DNA of 62,930 bases, counting the filler, from Octopus bimaculoides (taxonomy: Eukaryota): assembly GCF_001194135.2 (NCBI RefSeq). It is 5 parts of 4 records of this genome, joined end to end, with 100 filler letters (N's around TTAATTAATTAA, not from the genome) between each part and the next. Parts side by side here need not be neighbours in the genome. Positions count along the whole stretch, not along the records: positions 23,451 to 42,236 come from NC_068983.1; 4 more parts are not named here. The stretch is one strand, 5' to 3'. This document shows, in pieces, positions 25,579 through 38,415 of this stretch (position 1 is its first letter; each line of letters opens with the position of its first letter). The notes under the pieces are model-generated. The model was not told the origin of the DNA and did not search any database. It saw nothing but the letters and a program-made list of their open reading frames with translations. The translations under genes and the position numbers were made by a program.

Positions 25579-27526
25579 TATACACACACACATATATATA
25601 GCATATATTCATGTACACCAGCTTCTCGGTCTCTTTCTATTTCTCGCTTTCTCTATATGTGTGACTATGTACATGCATACACTAGTTTAACATTTTACGG
25701 CAAAACTAACAATGTAATTATTAGTATACCACCCGCTGAAAGACTAAGAAAATGTATTTTTGACACTTCAATCTTTTGTCTTTTTACTTTCTTTTTATAA
25801 CGTAAGATTTGTTAGAAGGAAGAAGGAAGAAGGAAGCGGGGAAGTGGACCAGATGGAAGGATATGCGGCAGTAACGAAACGTGTGTTGTTCCGTGTTAAG
25901 TTCTGTTTATTAATGATCGACATATTCGTGTGTGTGTGTGTGTGTGTGTGTACTTGTGTCTGTATCTATGCATACAGAAACTCATTTATATTTTTGTAGT
26001 GAAACAACAGATTAATGATAACTAGATGAACTAATACAGCGAACAAACGAAGGAATTTCATAATAGCTGCTTGAGTAATGAAATGTATCATCAAAATGTC
26101 ACTAAAATCATATCCTTCAAATAAAAAAGTAGCAAGCATTAGATAAGTATTCATATTCAATAACCAAGATAAAGACTTAATTATTATTGGTAGAACATCT
26201 TTAATCATACGTATATTGTGTCAGCGGAGGTTACAGACTATGCAACACGAACAAAAACAAATGTTGTACATGGATGCTTGGCTGGCTATGAAAACGGTTT
26301 CATAGCGTTTGAATCAACTGTGCGGTACGTTTAGAAAATATCTTCTACAAATGCCATATATACACTCACTCCAAATTCAATGACAACTGTTCACGACTGT
26401 TCAAGTTCCAAGAATCGCTCGAAAGTATGTGACCAAAGCACCCAGGTATCAAATTGGCAAATATCATCTCTAACTGGAACTCACAAAGTTTTACGTGATT
26501 CTACACGACGACTTTCCTGAGATTTTTCATATTGTGGCGCGTCTACATGCATATGTATATACAAAATCAAGTAAGGGTATACTAAATAATATATAATGTA
26601 TAATTATAACACAGTGAAATTATCTCCGCTTCCGCAGAGAGTAGGCAATGGCAATTTAAATTTAACTTTCACTATTCCTGCTTAATGGTTTGTATACATA
26701 GACATGTAGAGTTTCATAACTAAAAATAAATACATTTCCATTAAATACATGTTGACATTTTCTAAGGTCCATCATAGAAAACCGGAACGACACAGAACAT
26801 TCTTATTAAAACGAATATTTGACTAAGCTGGCTCATATCATGAAAATGGCCAATTTCAACCAACAGTCGATATGGCAAATCTGCATGCGAAAGAAAAAAA
26901 ATTAAATACGGTATTCAAAGAAAAAATTGTCTGAAAGAGGCAAAATAAGAAATCTTACTTGGTATACAATATACATGTCCAAACGGGACAAGCAACATAA
27001 TGAAGCTTTTTGTATCGAAATATTTTTGAGATTGCCATCTAACCACAAAAAAGGTTTCTAGATACATTAATCTGTGTAATGAATCATATGTATGCATTCA
27101 TTTATGTATGTATATACGTATGTATGTATTTATGCATATACATATATACGAGCGTCATACTAATACATCCTTTTGTTATTTACACCACCTGTCCTCGTGT
27201 GTTGTTGTTTTTTCGTATATTCTCCCATATATATATATATATATATATATANNNNNNNNNNNNNNNNNNNNNNNNNNNNNNNNNNNNNNNNNNNNNNNNN
27301 NNNNNNNNNNNNNNNNNNNNNNNNNNNNNNNNNNNNNNNNNNNNNNNNNNNNNNNNNNNNNNNNNNNNNNNNNNNNNNNNNNNNNNNNNNNNNNNNNNNN
27401 NNNNNNNNNNNNNNNNNNNNNNNNNNNNNNNNNNNNNNNNNNNNNNNNNNNNNNNNNNNNNNNNNNNNNNNNNNNNATATATATTATTTACACTCACACA
27501 CAGACTCACTGGTCCAGGTATATATC

Positions 27527-27702
27527 GATTTCAAGTTTTGGCACAAGGGCAGTAATTTTAGAGGAGCGAGTATGTCGATTACATTAAATCCAGTCTTCAT
27601 CTGGTACTTATTTCATCAAGCTCGAGAAGATGAAAGTAAAGTCGACCTCGGTGGAATTGAACTCACACACCGCGTGCTTCAATTCTGCCAGCTTACCGAC
27701 TT
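27527..27702 (-). mobile_element. SINE family B, internally shortened
   Basis: Reverse-complement homology to B copies. Confidence 0.75.
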
Positions 27703-29075
27703 ACGTTTACATCTATGTTAAATACACAATCATACATATACGCGTATGTGTATGGTAGTGTACATATCTGTGCATGAACGTGGCTGAAAACGTTTGTGAA
27801 TACTTGTGTGATGTGAAATGCTACACCATGAGAACAAGAGGCTGTCTATAGATTATATTTTGGCTGTTTTGCACAGTTGCCCTAAAATAAAACATGTCTC
27901 CTAGATTTGAAGGAATGACACATACAATCTTTGCTTCGACACATGTCGAACGAAACTCATTCTTTGGCAGTTAATGCATTAAAAAAATTAACTAATATTT
28001 AAATGTAAGATAAATTTATAAATCCTGCAGAAGAAATATCTTCTGATTGACCACCGTAGAAATATCTGTTTAATTTGATGCATTCAGCATTAACAATACA
28101 TCTCCTACATTAGCACTCTGAAAGTTTAGCAAATATAAAACACTGCTTCACGCTCAATATATCATTAAAACTCATTCAAAACATACTATAATGGTCAGAA
28201 GATGGCATTGAAAGTGAGAATGGCTGCGTACTCATTCGGTAAAAATGTTGGAAATGAAGACAAGAAAAACAAATGCGTAAATCACAAGAATATAAAATGC
28301 TAATATTCAAAATGTAACAAAAGCTGTGTGAAATTATAAGGAGAGACAAGCAGAAATACATAAATGTAAAATAATTGAAGAGAATTATGAGATAGGAATA
28401 ATGGAATGGGAATGTCAGACGGTTTCATAGTCTGAAAAAGCAAAACAAAAATAAAAAGTAGTATGGAGAACTCGTTGAGATTAAATTAAGTAAAAACATA
28501 ATATTTGAAACGATAGGATAATAATATGGATGGTATTAGTAGGCTAAATCGGATTTTTATATTTATTACATGCTAATAATAGCATTTAGCATGGACTTTT
28601 AAACATGGGCTTTAGGAAAACTGCGCTAATAAATCACAACCGCACAAGAGCACTGTGGCGCACATGAACAGACATAATTGTATATACTTGCCAGGAATTG
28701 TCCTCACATACACACAGACACAGGAAGAACAAGACCTAATAGTTATGCATGTATAAAGGAATTCGTGATTTCGCATCATGTCCAAGGATGGTAAGTGTAT
28801 CCTTCGGATAGCAAATTTGCCCAAGCAAATTATACCTAAAAAAATATTACTAGAACTGAATTAATTAATACAATCATGAGTTCCCATCTCACAAAGAAAC
28901 AAATAAGCCTATGTTTTATAAAATAGGCACAAAGATATTTCATTCTTTCAAACAATATACTACTGTTAGGAAGTAAAATCAAATATTTGACCAAAAGTAT
29001 TTATGTGGGAATAAAACATTAATTGGTATTATTAAATAGTTTGAGTGTAGTGGAAATACTACTGAAGAACAAAGT

Positions 29076-29450
29076 TGTTGTTGGCACTCCGTCGCTTACG
29101 ACGTCAAGGATTCTAGTTGATCCGATCAACGGAACAGCCTGCTCGTGAAATTAACGTGCAAGTGGCTGAGCACTCCACAGACACGTATACCCTTAACGTA
29201 GTTCTAGAGGATATTCAGCGTGACACAGTGTGACAAGGCCGACCCTTTGAATTACAGGCACAAGAGAAACAGGAAGTAAAAGTTGTAGAGGAAGAGTACA
29301 GCAGGGTTCGCCCCCATCCCCTGCCGGAGCCTCGTGGAGCTTTAAGTGTTTTCGCTCAATAAACACTCACAACGCCCGGCCTGGGAATCGAAACGGCGAT
29401 CCTATGACTGCGAGTCCACTGCCCTAACGACTGGGCCATTGCGCCTCCAC
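29076..29450 (-). mobile_element. SINE family C with tail type 1 ending (CAA)n; 13-bp TSD TGAAGAAC(A/G)AAGT
   Basis: TSD at 29063-29075 and 29451-29463. Confidence 0.92.
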
Positions 29451-29561
29451 TGAAGAACGAAGTAACAAAGAGAAATCAATGCTACTTAAAGACACGAAAA
29501 AAATTAACACAAATGTTGCATTAAAAGTATTAGGAATTCTATTTAAAATGCATAATGTTTA

Positions 29562-29599
<38 letters not shown>

Positions 29600-31153
29600 G
29601 TCCAAGCATATTCTTCTGTATATGTTTGTACATACTTATATACATACATACAAACACACACACACATGTATGTATGCATTCATATCTGTATGTAGGCATG
29701 TATGTATATTTATGTCTATCTTTCTATCTATCAACCAGTCGTATACTTATTGCATAATATTGGAAATAGGCGACTCAAAATTGCTAATAACGTAAAACTT
29801 TCCGGCAAACGGTGATTGATTTCAAGCTTAAGTAATTGCCTAACATCTATATTTTCTCTAACAAGACCAAATAATCATCGAATGCTTATAAAATCTTTAA
29901 TATTAAGAAATCTAAATCAGTATTTTAGAACGGCTGACAAAAGGAGATTAATGATCAACATTGTGAACATGTTAGGAGACTAAGTAAAAGAATCGCCTTA
30001 GATAACTCTAAACAGGCATTACAATGTGTAACGTTGGTAATTCTCCTCTCACCTCTTATAGTTGATACGTCCATTAATGCGACGCCATTTTGAAATTGAT
30101 TTTTACATCCCAAAAAGAAGTTATTCCAAATTGTGCCCCATAGGGTGCGTATTATAGATAGACGGTGAGGCCTTTATAGTTCTGGTCAACTTAGACGCAA
30201 GATACAAGAACATAATTAACAAAACCAGATTTGAAAGAAGGATAACAAGCATAACTTCGCGGATCTTTCGCAATTCGTCCGCTATTGGCGATAAAGTATA
30301 ATAGCAAGAACAACAATAAAAATAACAGCAACAATAACAACAAAAATAATAACAGCAACAATAACAACAAAATTAATAACGATAATTTTCTTCATTCTAA
30401 ATATATACTATTCATATTTCATGCAGCGTTAGCAATATTAATAGAAATAAATATAATTTGATCAACTTTCATTCTAGTAACACTTGAAAACAACGTCCGT
30501 TTAAAAATATATACTATATCGTACAATAATGTATCCAGCTTGTCACTCATGTTCAAAGCCTATATATGCATGTGATTTTCTTTTTTCTTTTTTTTTTGTA
30601 TTTCATGTTATTATAATTGCATATAATCTAAGCATAACGCCAGCAGTATAAGGGGAGCAGGTAAGTCTCTTATATGGGTCACAGTATTTCGATGATACTT
30701 TATTTTTCTTTCGATCCTGATGCGGTGAAAAACAGGACTGAAGTTGCAGCTTTTGAACTCAAATCAGAAAGAGCCGGAACAAATGGCAGCAAGCACTATT
30801 CCAGTGTTTGAAAGTAACTACTGTTCACTGCCTAAATTAATGTCACTACATAACAATACACAAAGTTAATATTTCCAACATTCTACCAGAAACCTATTGT
30901 AAATTGTTGTTGACATCACAAGAATTTATTAATATTGGAAAGAAGGTGAAATAATTTTATGGGAGTAACATTTGATGTCTTGCGCATTGAAATGAATATT
31001 GTTTATAGCCAAAAGAGTTTCGCGATCCATATTAAAAAAGAAAATAAGAAATATTGTAAACTTCATTGTCTAATAATTCAGTAAATTAATGCCTGTGTTA
31101 AGCTGACACAACAATGTGTTTGTGTGTGTTTGTATTTATGTATGCATGTGTAA

Positions 31154-31393
31154 GTGAAGGCGTGTAACTTAGTGGTTAGATGTATTCGGCTCACGATCAT
31201 AAGGTCGTGAGTTCGATTCCCGGTGGCGCATTGTATCGTTGAGCATGACACTTATTTCCCGTTGTTGACAAAATGAGTAGTACCTGTATTTCAAAGGGCC
31301 AGCCTTTCCATATTCGGTGTGCATGTGGAGTACTTAGTTGCTTGCCCGTTAATTTCACGAGCAGGCTGTTCCCTTGATCCGATCAACTGGAAT
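31154..31393 (+). mobile_element. SINE with a different tRNA-like head (family D) carrying a shortened type-1 tail
   Basis: Head GTGAAGGCGTGTAACTTAGTGGTTAG..GAGTTCGATTCCC; tail CCTGTATTTCAAAGGGCCAGCC..TTAATTTCACGAGCAGGCTGTTCC.TTGATC.GATCAACTGGAA is shared with family C. Confidence 0.75.
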
Positions 31394-32570
31394 GGCAGTT
31401 TGTAATTTTTAAGCACATATGTATGCACGTGTGCATGTGTGTGTCCTTGCAAGTAGCATGACAACCTTCAGCGATATTCAATCAATAAGAATGAAATCTT
31501 TGTGTGCAATATAGAACTCATAAATATGAATTTATGCCTTACCAAACATGGATGAGAATTTAATGCCAAATATCTAAAGCCACTGGTTGACAGCGATAAA
31601 TATATTTAAAAACTATCTTTAATGTGTCCACTCGAAAGGAGCGAACTCATATCACTCGCACTGAAATACAATTAACTTGGATGTCAATGAGTTGTTAGGG
31701 CTCATGACATCGGTGATTGTAACTGGTTTCTTTCAAGTTAGCAGGTGAGTTGCTCTATATGCTTTTCTTGTACAGTATTTCATTTGACATTGGGAAACAG
31801 TTAAAACCACGTTAATTCTGTAGTTTCTTCGAATTCACACAGACACACACAAGCATATTTACACACACACATACATATATCCATACTTACATGTATATTC
31901 GCATCCATTCATGCATACACACATATACATACATGCATGCAAGCACAAACACGTGCGCACACACACACATACATACATATATACATACATGCAGGCAAAG
32001 TTGCATCCATCCATCTATCCATCCATACATATGCACACGCATACATACATGCATGCATAGAATCACACACGTGCATGTGCACATACATATATATATATCG
32101 ATATACGCATACGATATTTTATATGTTAACATTTATGTTTATATGCGAAGTTTTCCCAGACTATCTATAACACCGAAGCTGTACAACGGCGGATTCTCAT
32201 CAATCATTCCAGCCAAGAAAAAATTACTTTCACAATTCCTGTATTATGAACTAAAAATTAAATAAAAAAAACCTGTTCCAAATGTAATCTGAAAATGTAC
32301 AATGTTTAATTATCTTTAACCGACATATGGTCAACAAGTTGAGAACAAGAGGAGAAACTATTTAAAAACAAGTATTACTATTTAAGATTCAATCGGAAAT
32401 GATACGAAGACAACTGTTAGTGAAAAGATAACATGAAATTAACAATTTTAATTCAATGCATATATGCAGAAATACTACCATTTGTGGAACCATAAATTAT
32501 ATAACACTGCGAAAAAGAAGCATATATGCAATATAAGGTAATGTATATACCAATAGCTATGATGACAAAG

Positions 32571-32636
<66 letters not shown>

Positions 32637-32682
32637 NNNNNNNNNNNNNNNNNNNNCACGCAACCTTCCACTCACACACACA

Positions 32683-32753
<71 letters not shown>

Positions 32754-32938
32754 TCGGTTATGTATAGAATATAATACTACGAGATGATGGATTCAATAAG
32801 CTTCTATTATATATAGCTACAATTGTTTCAACGCATCATTACCTCCTGTCCAATACTGAATGTTACATATATTGTACTCAACATTATGTTCATTTTCCTC
32901 AGTAATCTCAATATATGCGTCTCTTCCAGTGATACATA

Positions 32939-33527
32939 TGATACATGTGAGTCACTAGTGTAAATGAGATGGAATGTCTCCTATATCTAACCTGTTCGAG
33001 TTGTAACATAATGTCTGTAGTTAACAATTTTAGAAGGCGGTTTATACACAGAATCCATTTTCAGTGATTTCTTAAAGAGATGTAAATAAAGAATATTCAG
33101 AAGGTAAGTTTATAAAATAAGAATATGGAAGTTTATACAGTAGTGTAATGAGTGCTAGTATGTTGTAACAAGGATTAATCTTACATACCAATGGGAACCA
33201 AATATGTATGTATGCAACCCAGGAAATATCGCTTGACTAACTATATACACTGAGGTTTATATGAAGCAGAGTGGAAGCTGATATTGATCAAATGAGTTGC
33301 ATGTAGTTGGTGGGGGACACAGAAAATCTGACATGTTGATGAAAGCGATGTTGTTTCTATGCCGTCAAATCCGCAACTAATTTGAAACTGCCGCTTCGCT
33401 GCTGTACTGAGTTCCTTCAGCTAAGGCAGATCACTTCATACACCTCCAGCTCTGATTGGCTTGAACCTTCTACATCACAACTGAACTATTCCACAGCAAC
33501 AAAATATATCTTTCCTGTATCGCTACA
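32939..33527 (-). repeat. 3' LTR
   Basis: Aligns end to end with 37826-38415; TG..CA termini. Confidence 0.85.
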
Positions 33528-33899
33528 TTGCAGACTGAAAGTCGATACAAACAAGAAAAAGGAGAAACATCCAAAGACAAGGAACATAAAATAGAAGCAA
33601 AATATTCCAAACAATGGCAACAGAAAAATAGATTGCGTACATGAGAAGTCAACAAATGTTCAAACACTGGAAAAAGAAGACAACATGAATACATAAAACA
33701 AAAGAAGCATGCAAACGGAAGGCTCACAGGGCCAGTTCATAAACAAATAGTTTGACAAAATCTTTCGGGTCAGTGCACACCATGACTGCTGCGAGTTGTC
33801 GTAACGTATCTTGGTGGAGACAGGAAAGATGTTTCTAGAGTAGCATGTGTAGGGGATGCATATGTATGCATAGTGTAGTGGAGGGCACGTATGTGGCTG

Positions 33900-36470
33900 C
33901 AGGGTATTAGCATCTGTGTAGCTCCTCTTGATTCTTTCCACAGGGACAGTGTCTCCAGAACAATTAAAATTTACAATAACATGTTTGTTGGAGCGCGCAA
34001 GCAAGTGATAATGTCTAGAGTAAATGGAATGAGAGGACTTCTCACTGCGTCATCTCTGACCAACACATGGGCCAACGAGGCAATATGCCTTGAGACCGGA
34101 GTTTTAACTGCTTGGTGCTGAGTGTTCATGGGTGGGAGGACTTGAAAGTACGAACGCAGGAGGTTCCCATAGACTGCAGGATCCTTTGCAGAAAGATCGA
34201 CTGGGGTGAGCATCTGGCACGGCAGTAGAGTACCATACAATAGCTCGGTTAGGGCATATCTGCGACCAGGTTGAACGCAGTCCGAATGCCAAGGAGTACT
34301 ATAAGGAGGTACTCTCTCCAGCGTTGAGTATCAGGGCAGGCATAAAACGCAATTTTCAACTGGTGATGGAAGCGCTCCACCATTCCAGTAGATGCAGGAT
34401 AATGACTGGTAGTGCGGATCCGTTGCGCACCGATGATGTAGTTCCGCAAAAAGTGAAATTCAAACTGCCTACCACACTGTGTCACGTAATAGTGGTAAGG
34501 ACACGGTAACGAGATATCCATCGTTATATCCAGCCTGATACCCGTGCTCGTGCGACAGATTCAACAGAGATATTAAAGGAATGGCTTCAGGCCAGCGAGT
34601 AAATCGGTCAATGCAGGTCAGGAGCTACGTAAACTATTGGTTGACAGGCATGGGTCCAACCAGGTCGATATGGCAATTGCAGATACGTGCATCAGGTGCC
34701 GATTGGTGCACGGATGTGTTTATGCACCTTCGACTTCTGGCATTGTAGGCACGATCGCCTCAATTGATTAATGTCACGTCTCATATTTGGCCAGAAGTAT
34801 GTAGCCGTATTGAGCTTTACTGAGTCCGAGACTCCAGGGTGCGAAAGACTGTGCAAAACTTCGAATACAGCTCGTCGATGTGTCCTGAGATGAAGGGACG
34901 AGCCAAATCCGTTGACACGTCACACAATATCTACATGTCAGCCATTGAAAGAGGCAGATAGTCGAATTTGCATACCACAAACTCAGAAGATGTGCCAAGT
35001 AAGTCCAGAGAAGGTTAGTCTGAGGACAAAACAGGCAGGTCAATCTCTGAAGCGGATGAGAAAGATTTCACCAGCAGGTGGAAAAATGCGCCTGATGCAG
35101 TGCTCTGAGCCCCGGAGATGTGCTGGAAATTACTGGTAAATTGTGATACGAGGTCCAGGTGTCTAGTCTCCCTCGGTGAATACTTCTGAAGCTTCGACCA
35201 TAAGGCAAATGTAAGGGGCTTATGATCGGTATAGAAGGTAAAGTTACTCCCTTCGAGGATGCGGTGGAAATGCTTCACGGACAGGTAGACCGCCAACAAT
35301 TTGCGACCAAAGTATTGTAGCGCGTCTCTGCCGGCTTTAGCTACCGAGAGAAAATTGCAAGAGGTTGAAGGTGTTGTTGGTTACGCTTCTACAGTACGGT
35401 ACCGATGGTATCAATTACAATCGAAAGCTTTGCATCGGTGACAGGGTGTCCGATTAGAGATGCTTTAGCAAGTTCACTTTTCACAGCATCAAAACACACC
35501 ATCTGGGTCGGAGTCAACAAAATAGCTTCATTCTTCTTACGACGATCCGTTAAGAGTTCTGTCAGTGGAGAAGGATTTCAGCCCAGTGAGGGATGAAGCG
35601 GCAATAAAAGTTCAGCAAGCCAAGGAAATTGTGCAACGCGCGAAGGGAAGTAAGAGGAGAAATGTTCACAATAGCTGGCACTTTCTCGGGCCAAGTAATA
35701 CAAGAGGGAATGTGCCAAAAGCAAATTTAGCTGGGTTAACCGTATTAGACATTGGTTAAGGCACTGAAAGAGCAGTTTTAAATGATGAACATGCTTTTCA
35801 GCTGAAAAACTAGCGATCAAGAGATCATCGATATATGCATAGACGAAATCCAGTCCACGAATGACTTCATGAATGATGCTGGTAGCATTTTGGAGGTCAA
35901 ATGGCATAGTCAAGAATCAAAAGAGCCGAATGGGGTTGTTACTGCAGTTTTCGGAATGTCCTCAGGGTGAACAAGAATCTGATGATAAGCTCTCACGAGA
36001 TCAAGCTTGAAAAACACAGCAAATCCAAACAGTGAGGAAGCAAGATCTTGGAGATGAGAAATTGGATACTTACCAGGAAGAATACAACATTCATTAATAT
36101 GGGCTTCCAGCCGCTGTGATAAAGAATACTGGGATAGTCGACGAAGTACTTCACTTTCTTCAAAAAAAGTAGCAAGATCCGTAGTGTTGTCTTGAAGTTG
36201 TCGGTTACGATTAGTGATGGAGAAAATTCGCACCTAGGATTGGGTTATACAGGTCGGCGATCATGGAAATTCATTTAAAATCCCTTCGTATGGCAAAATC
36301 CAAGGAAAGAGAGATTTGAGCGTACGTCTGTATCAGCGAGTGGTTCACAGCTTGCAGGGTGATTGCAGAAAGAGGAGGTTTATTTTTGACGAATTTCACT
36401 GGTCGAATACTGCAGGCACTACCAGAATCAACAAGAAAAAGTTGTGCGACAAGTCCTCGACGCAGAATGC
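33900..36470 (-). pseudogene. Gypsy pol pseudogene (protease, RT, RNase H, integrase) with frameshifts and deletions
   Basis: FLVDSGSACS (PR), KLDLVRAYHQI..KTAVTTPFG and VYAYIDDLLIAS (RT), FTFYTDHKPL (RH), RTTSHYPASTGMVERFHHQLK (IN). Confidence 0.92.
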
Positions 36471-36539
36471 ACGACTATGCGCGTGCGAACTTAGAGCAGC
36501 TGTCGTGCTTAGTGTCCCACTGTAGTGTCTCCCCTAAGT

Positions 36540-37336
36540 CGGATAAGCACACAGTCGAGTACATTTCTTGGCTGCAGCAACAAGACGTTTATCATACCAG
36601 CAAAATATCGACGGAGAGGGAGAAGAGAAAGAATGATGACTAGGAAATGATGAACGACTGTACAACCCTCGGCAGAGTCAAGAACTCCACGCAGTTTGAT
36701 TTGTCTAGTTAAATATCGAATGGCCTGCAGAGTCGCCGCTTGCATCGAATTAGGATCCGACGAGGCAGCTGCTACTGTATATGGAGAAGGAGAAACAGCA
36801 GCAGGTAGCAGGGCAGGTGTAGCAGCAAATCTGTTGCCAGTAGACTCTAATATCTTGTCAATGGAGGAAGCCAACTGGTCCACAGAACTGACCTCCATCA
36901 TAGGAGCAAGGATGGGTCGTACGTTTGATGGTAAACGGGAGAAGTAATGCTGTTTAAGCATTGCATTGTCTGAAGAAGCTCCCTCTACAAAAGAGTTGGG
37001 TTGGCATCCTATTGCCCAAGTGTTCTACGTTAACTAGTGTTCGAAATCGTTTCACCGCTGATAGAGACGTCCGACGGAGGACTTCAAGTTTTATCGATAA
37101 ATTGTAGCATCTTGAGGTGTGTCTGAGATTAGGCCTTTGAAATGAACTGATATGGAAGAAGGAATGGTGCTCAATAAAATGTGTAGCTGTTGCTGCTCCG
37201 AGTTAATGTTGCTCGCAGAAAAATATGCCTTCGCTTGTGTGAACCAAGCTCTAACATCACCACTGAAGGTTGATAAGCCAGAGGGATCCATACTGGCCAA
37301 GAAATGTAGCTCGTACGAACTAGTAAAATGAGGCAA
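36540..37336 (-). pseudogene. Gypsy gag pseudogene with CHCC-type Cys-His box
   Basis: 'DVRAWFTQAKAYFSASNI', 'YFSRLPSNVRPILA..LASSIDKILE' and 'CWYDKRLVAAAKKCTRLC' (CX2HX9CX3C with H->D) at 36549-36602. Confidence 0.85.
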
Positions 37337-37809
37337 GCACAGTTCTCAAAGACAAGAAATCACTAGTATGACAATAAAAAGAAATATTAGTCTTCAGTGT
37401 GCTTTGTTTTATTCTCCTTTCAAATAAACATAAACAAATCCAAAACAAAGCTGGATCGAATCTTACAACAATGGCAGCGAGCGGGAAAAGTTAAGCCGAA
37501 GCGAAGCGAGACCTGCCTGTTTGGCACCAGTGCACATGCGTAAGGCACCATGAGATTACGCGAAAAGAAGAATGTCGGCAGACATATTGAAAACGAAGTG
37601 CATCTATGTCGTTTAGAAGAAAATAAATGTAGTCATTATGTGAAGAATGCAACTACAGTTTCCTCTTTGAAACAAAAACAATACACAACATTGATTTGTT
37701 AGCCGTGCACAATTTTAGTTTACCTTTGCTCAGTACTGTTCTACAAAAAATATTATATATGTTTGTGGTTGGGGTGGGGGTAGGGGAAATTTCCTGAAGA
37801 AATATTTCA

Positions 37810-37824
37810 ACGTCGGTGTCACTA
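37810..37824 (-). promoter_or_regulatory. Primer-binding site, tRNA-Trp-like
   Basis: Minus strand TAGTGACACCGACGT, 1 nt inside the 5' LTR; 2 mismatches from the remembered Trp PBS TGGTGACCCCGACGT. Confidence 0.7.
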
Positions 37825-37825
37825 A

Positions 37826-38415
37826 TGTTACATGTGAGTCACTAATGTAAGCTGGAATGAATGTCTCCTATATGTAATGTGTTCGAGTTGTAACATTATG
37901 TTTGTAGTTAGCATTTTTAGAAAGCAGTTCATAGAATGAATCCATTTTCAGTGATTTCTTAAAGATGTATAAATAATGAATATTCAGGAAACAAGTTTAT
38001 GGAACAAAACCGTTGGAATGTATTCAGAAGTATAATGAATGCCAGCAACGATTATTCTTGCATGTCAACTGGAACCAAATGTATGTGTACGCGAGACGAG
38101 AAACATCGCATGATTTAATATATACACTGAGTGGTAGTTGATATTGATATAATTGATATAGCAGAGTGGTAGTTGATATTAATCAAATGAATTGCATGTA
38201 GTCGGCGGTGGACACAGAAAATGCCGAAGAAAGCGATGCTGCTTTTATGCCGTAAAATCCGCAACTAATTTAAAACTACCGCTTCGCTGCTGTACTGAGT
38301 TCCTTCAGCTAAGGCAGATCACTTCATACACCTCCAGCACTGATTGGCTTGAATCTTCCACAGCACAGCTGAACTATGCCACAGCGACAAAATAAATCTT
38401 TCCTGTCTCACTACA
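37826..38415 (-). repeat. 5' LTR
   Basis: Direct repeat of 32939-33527, adjacent to the PBS. Confidence 0.85.

Larger units (their letters stand above)
32939..38415 (-). mobile_element. Degenerate full-length Ty3/Gypsy LTR retrotransposon (CsRn1/Kabuki/Boudicca-like)
   Basis: Direct repeats of about 590 bp at both ends, CATA at both flanks (32935-38 and 38416-19), tRNA-Trp-like PBS, and gag-PR-RT-RH-IN order on the minus strand. Confidence 0.9.

Noticed and set aside
30640-30800. Strong CAG|GTAAGT donor suggesting an exon
   Set aside because: It lies within a decayed minus-strand SINE-B.
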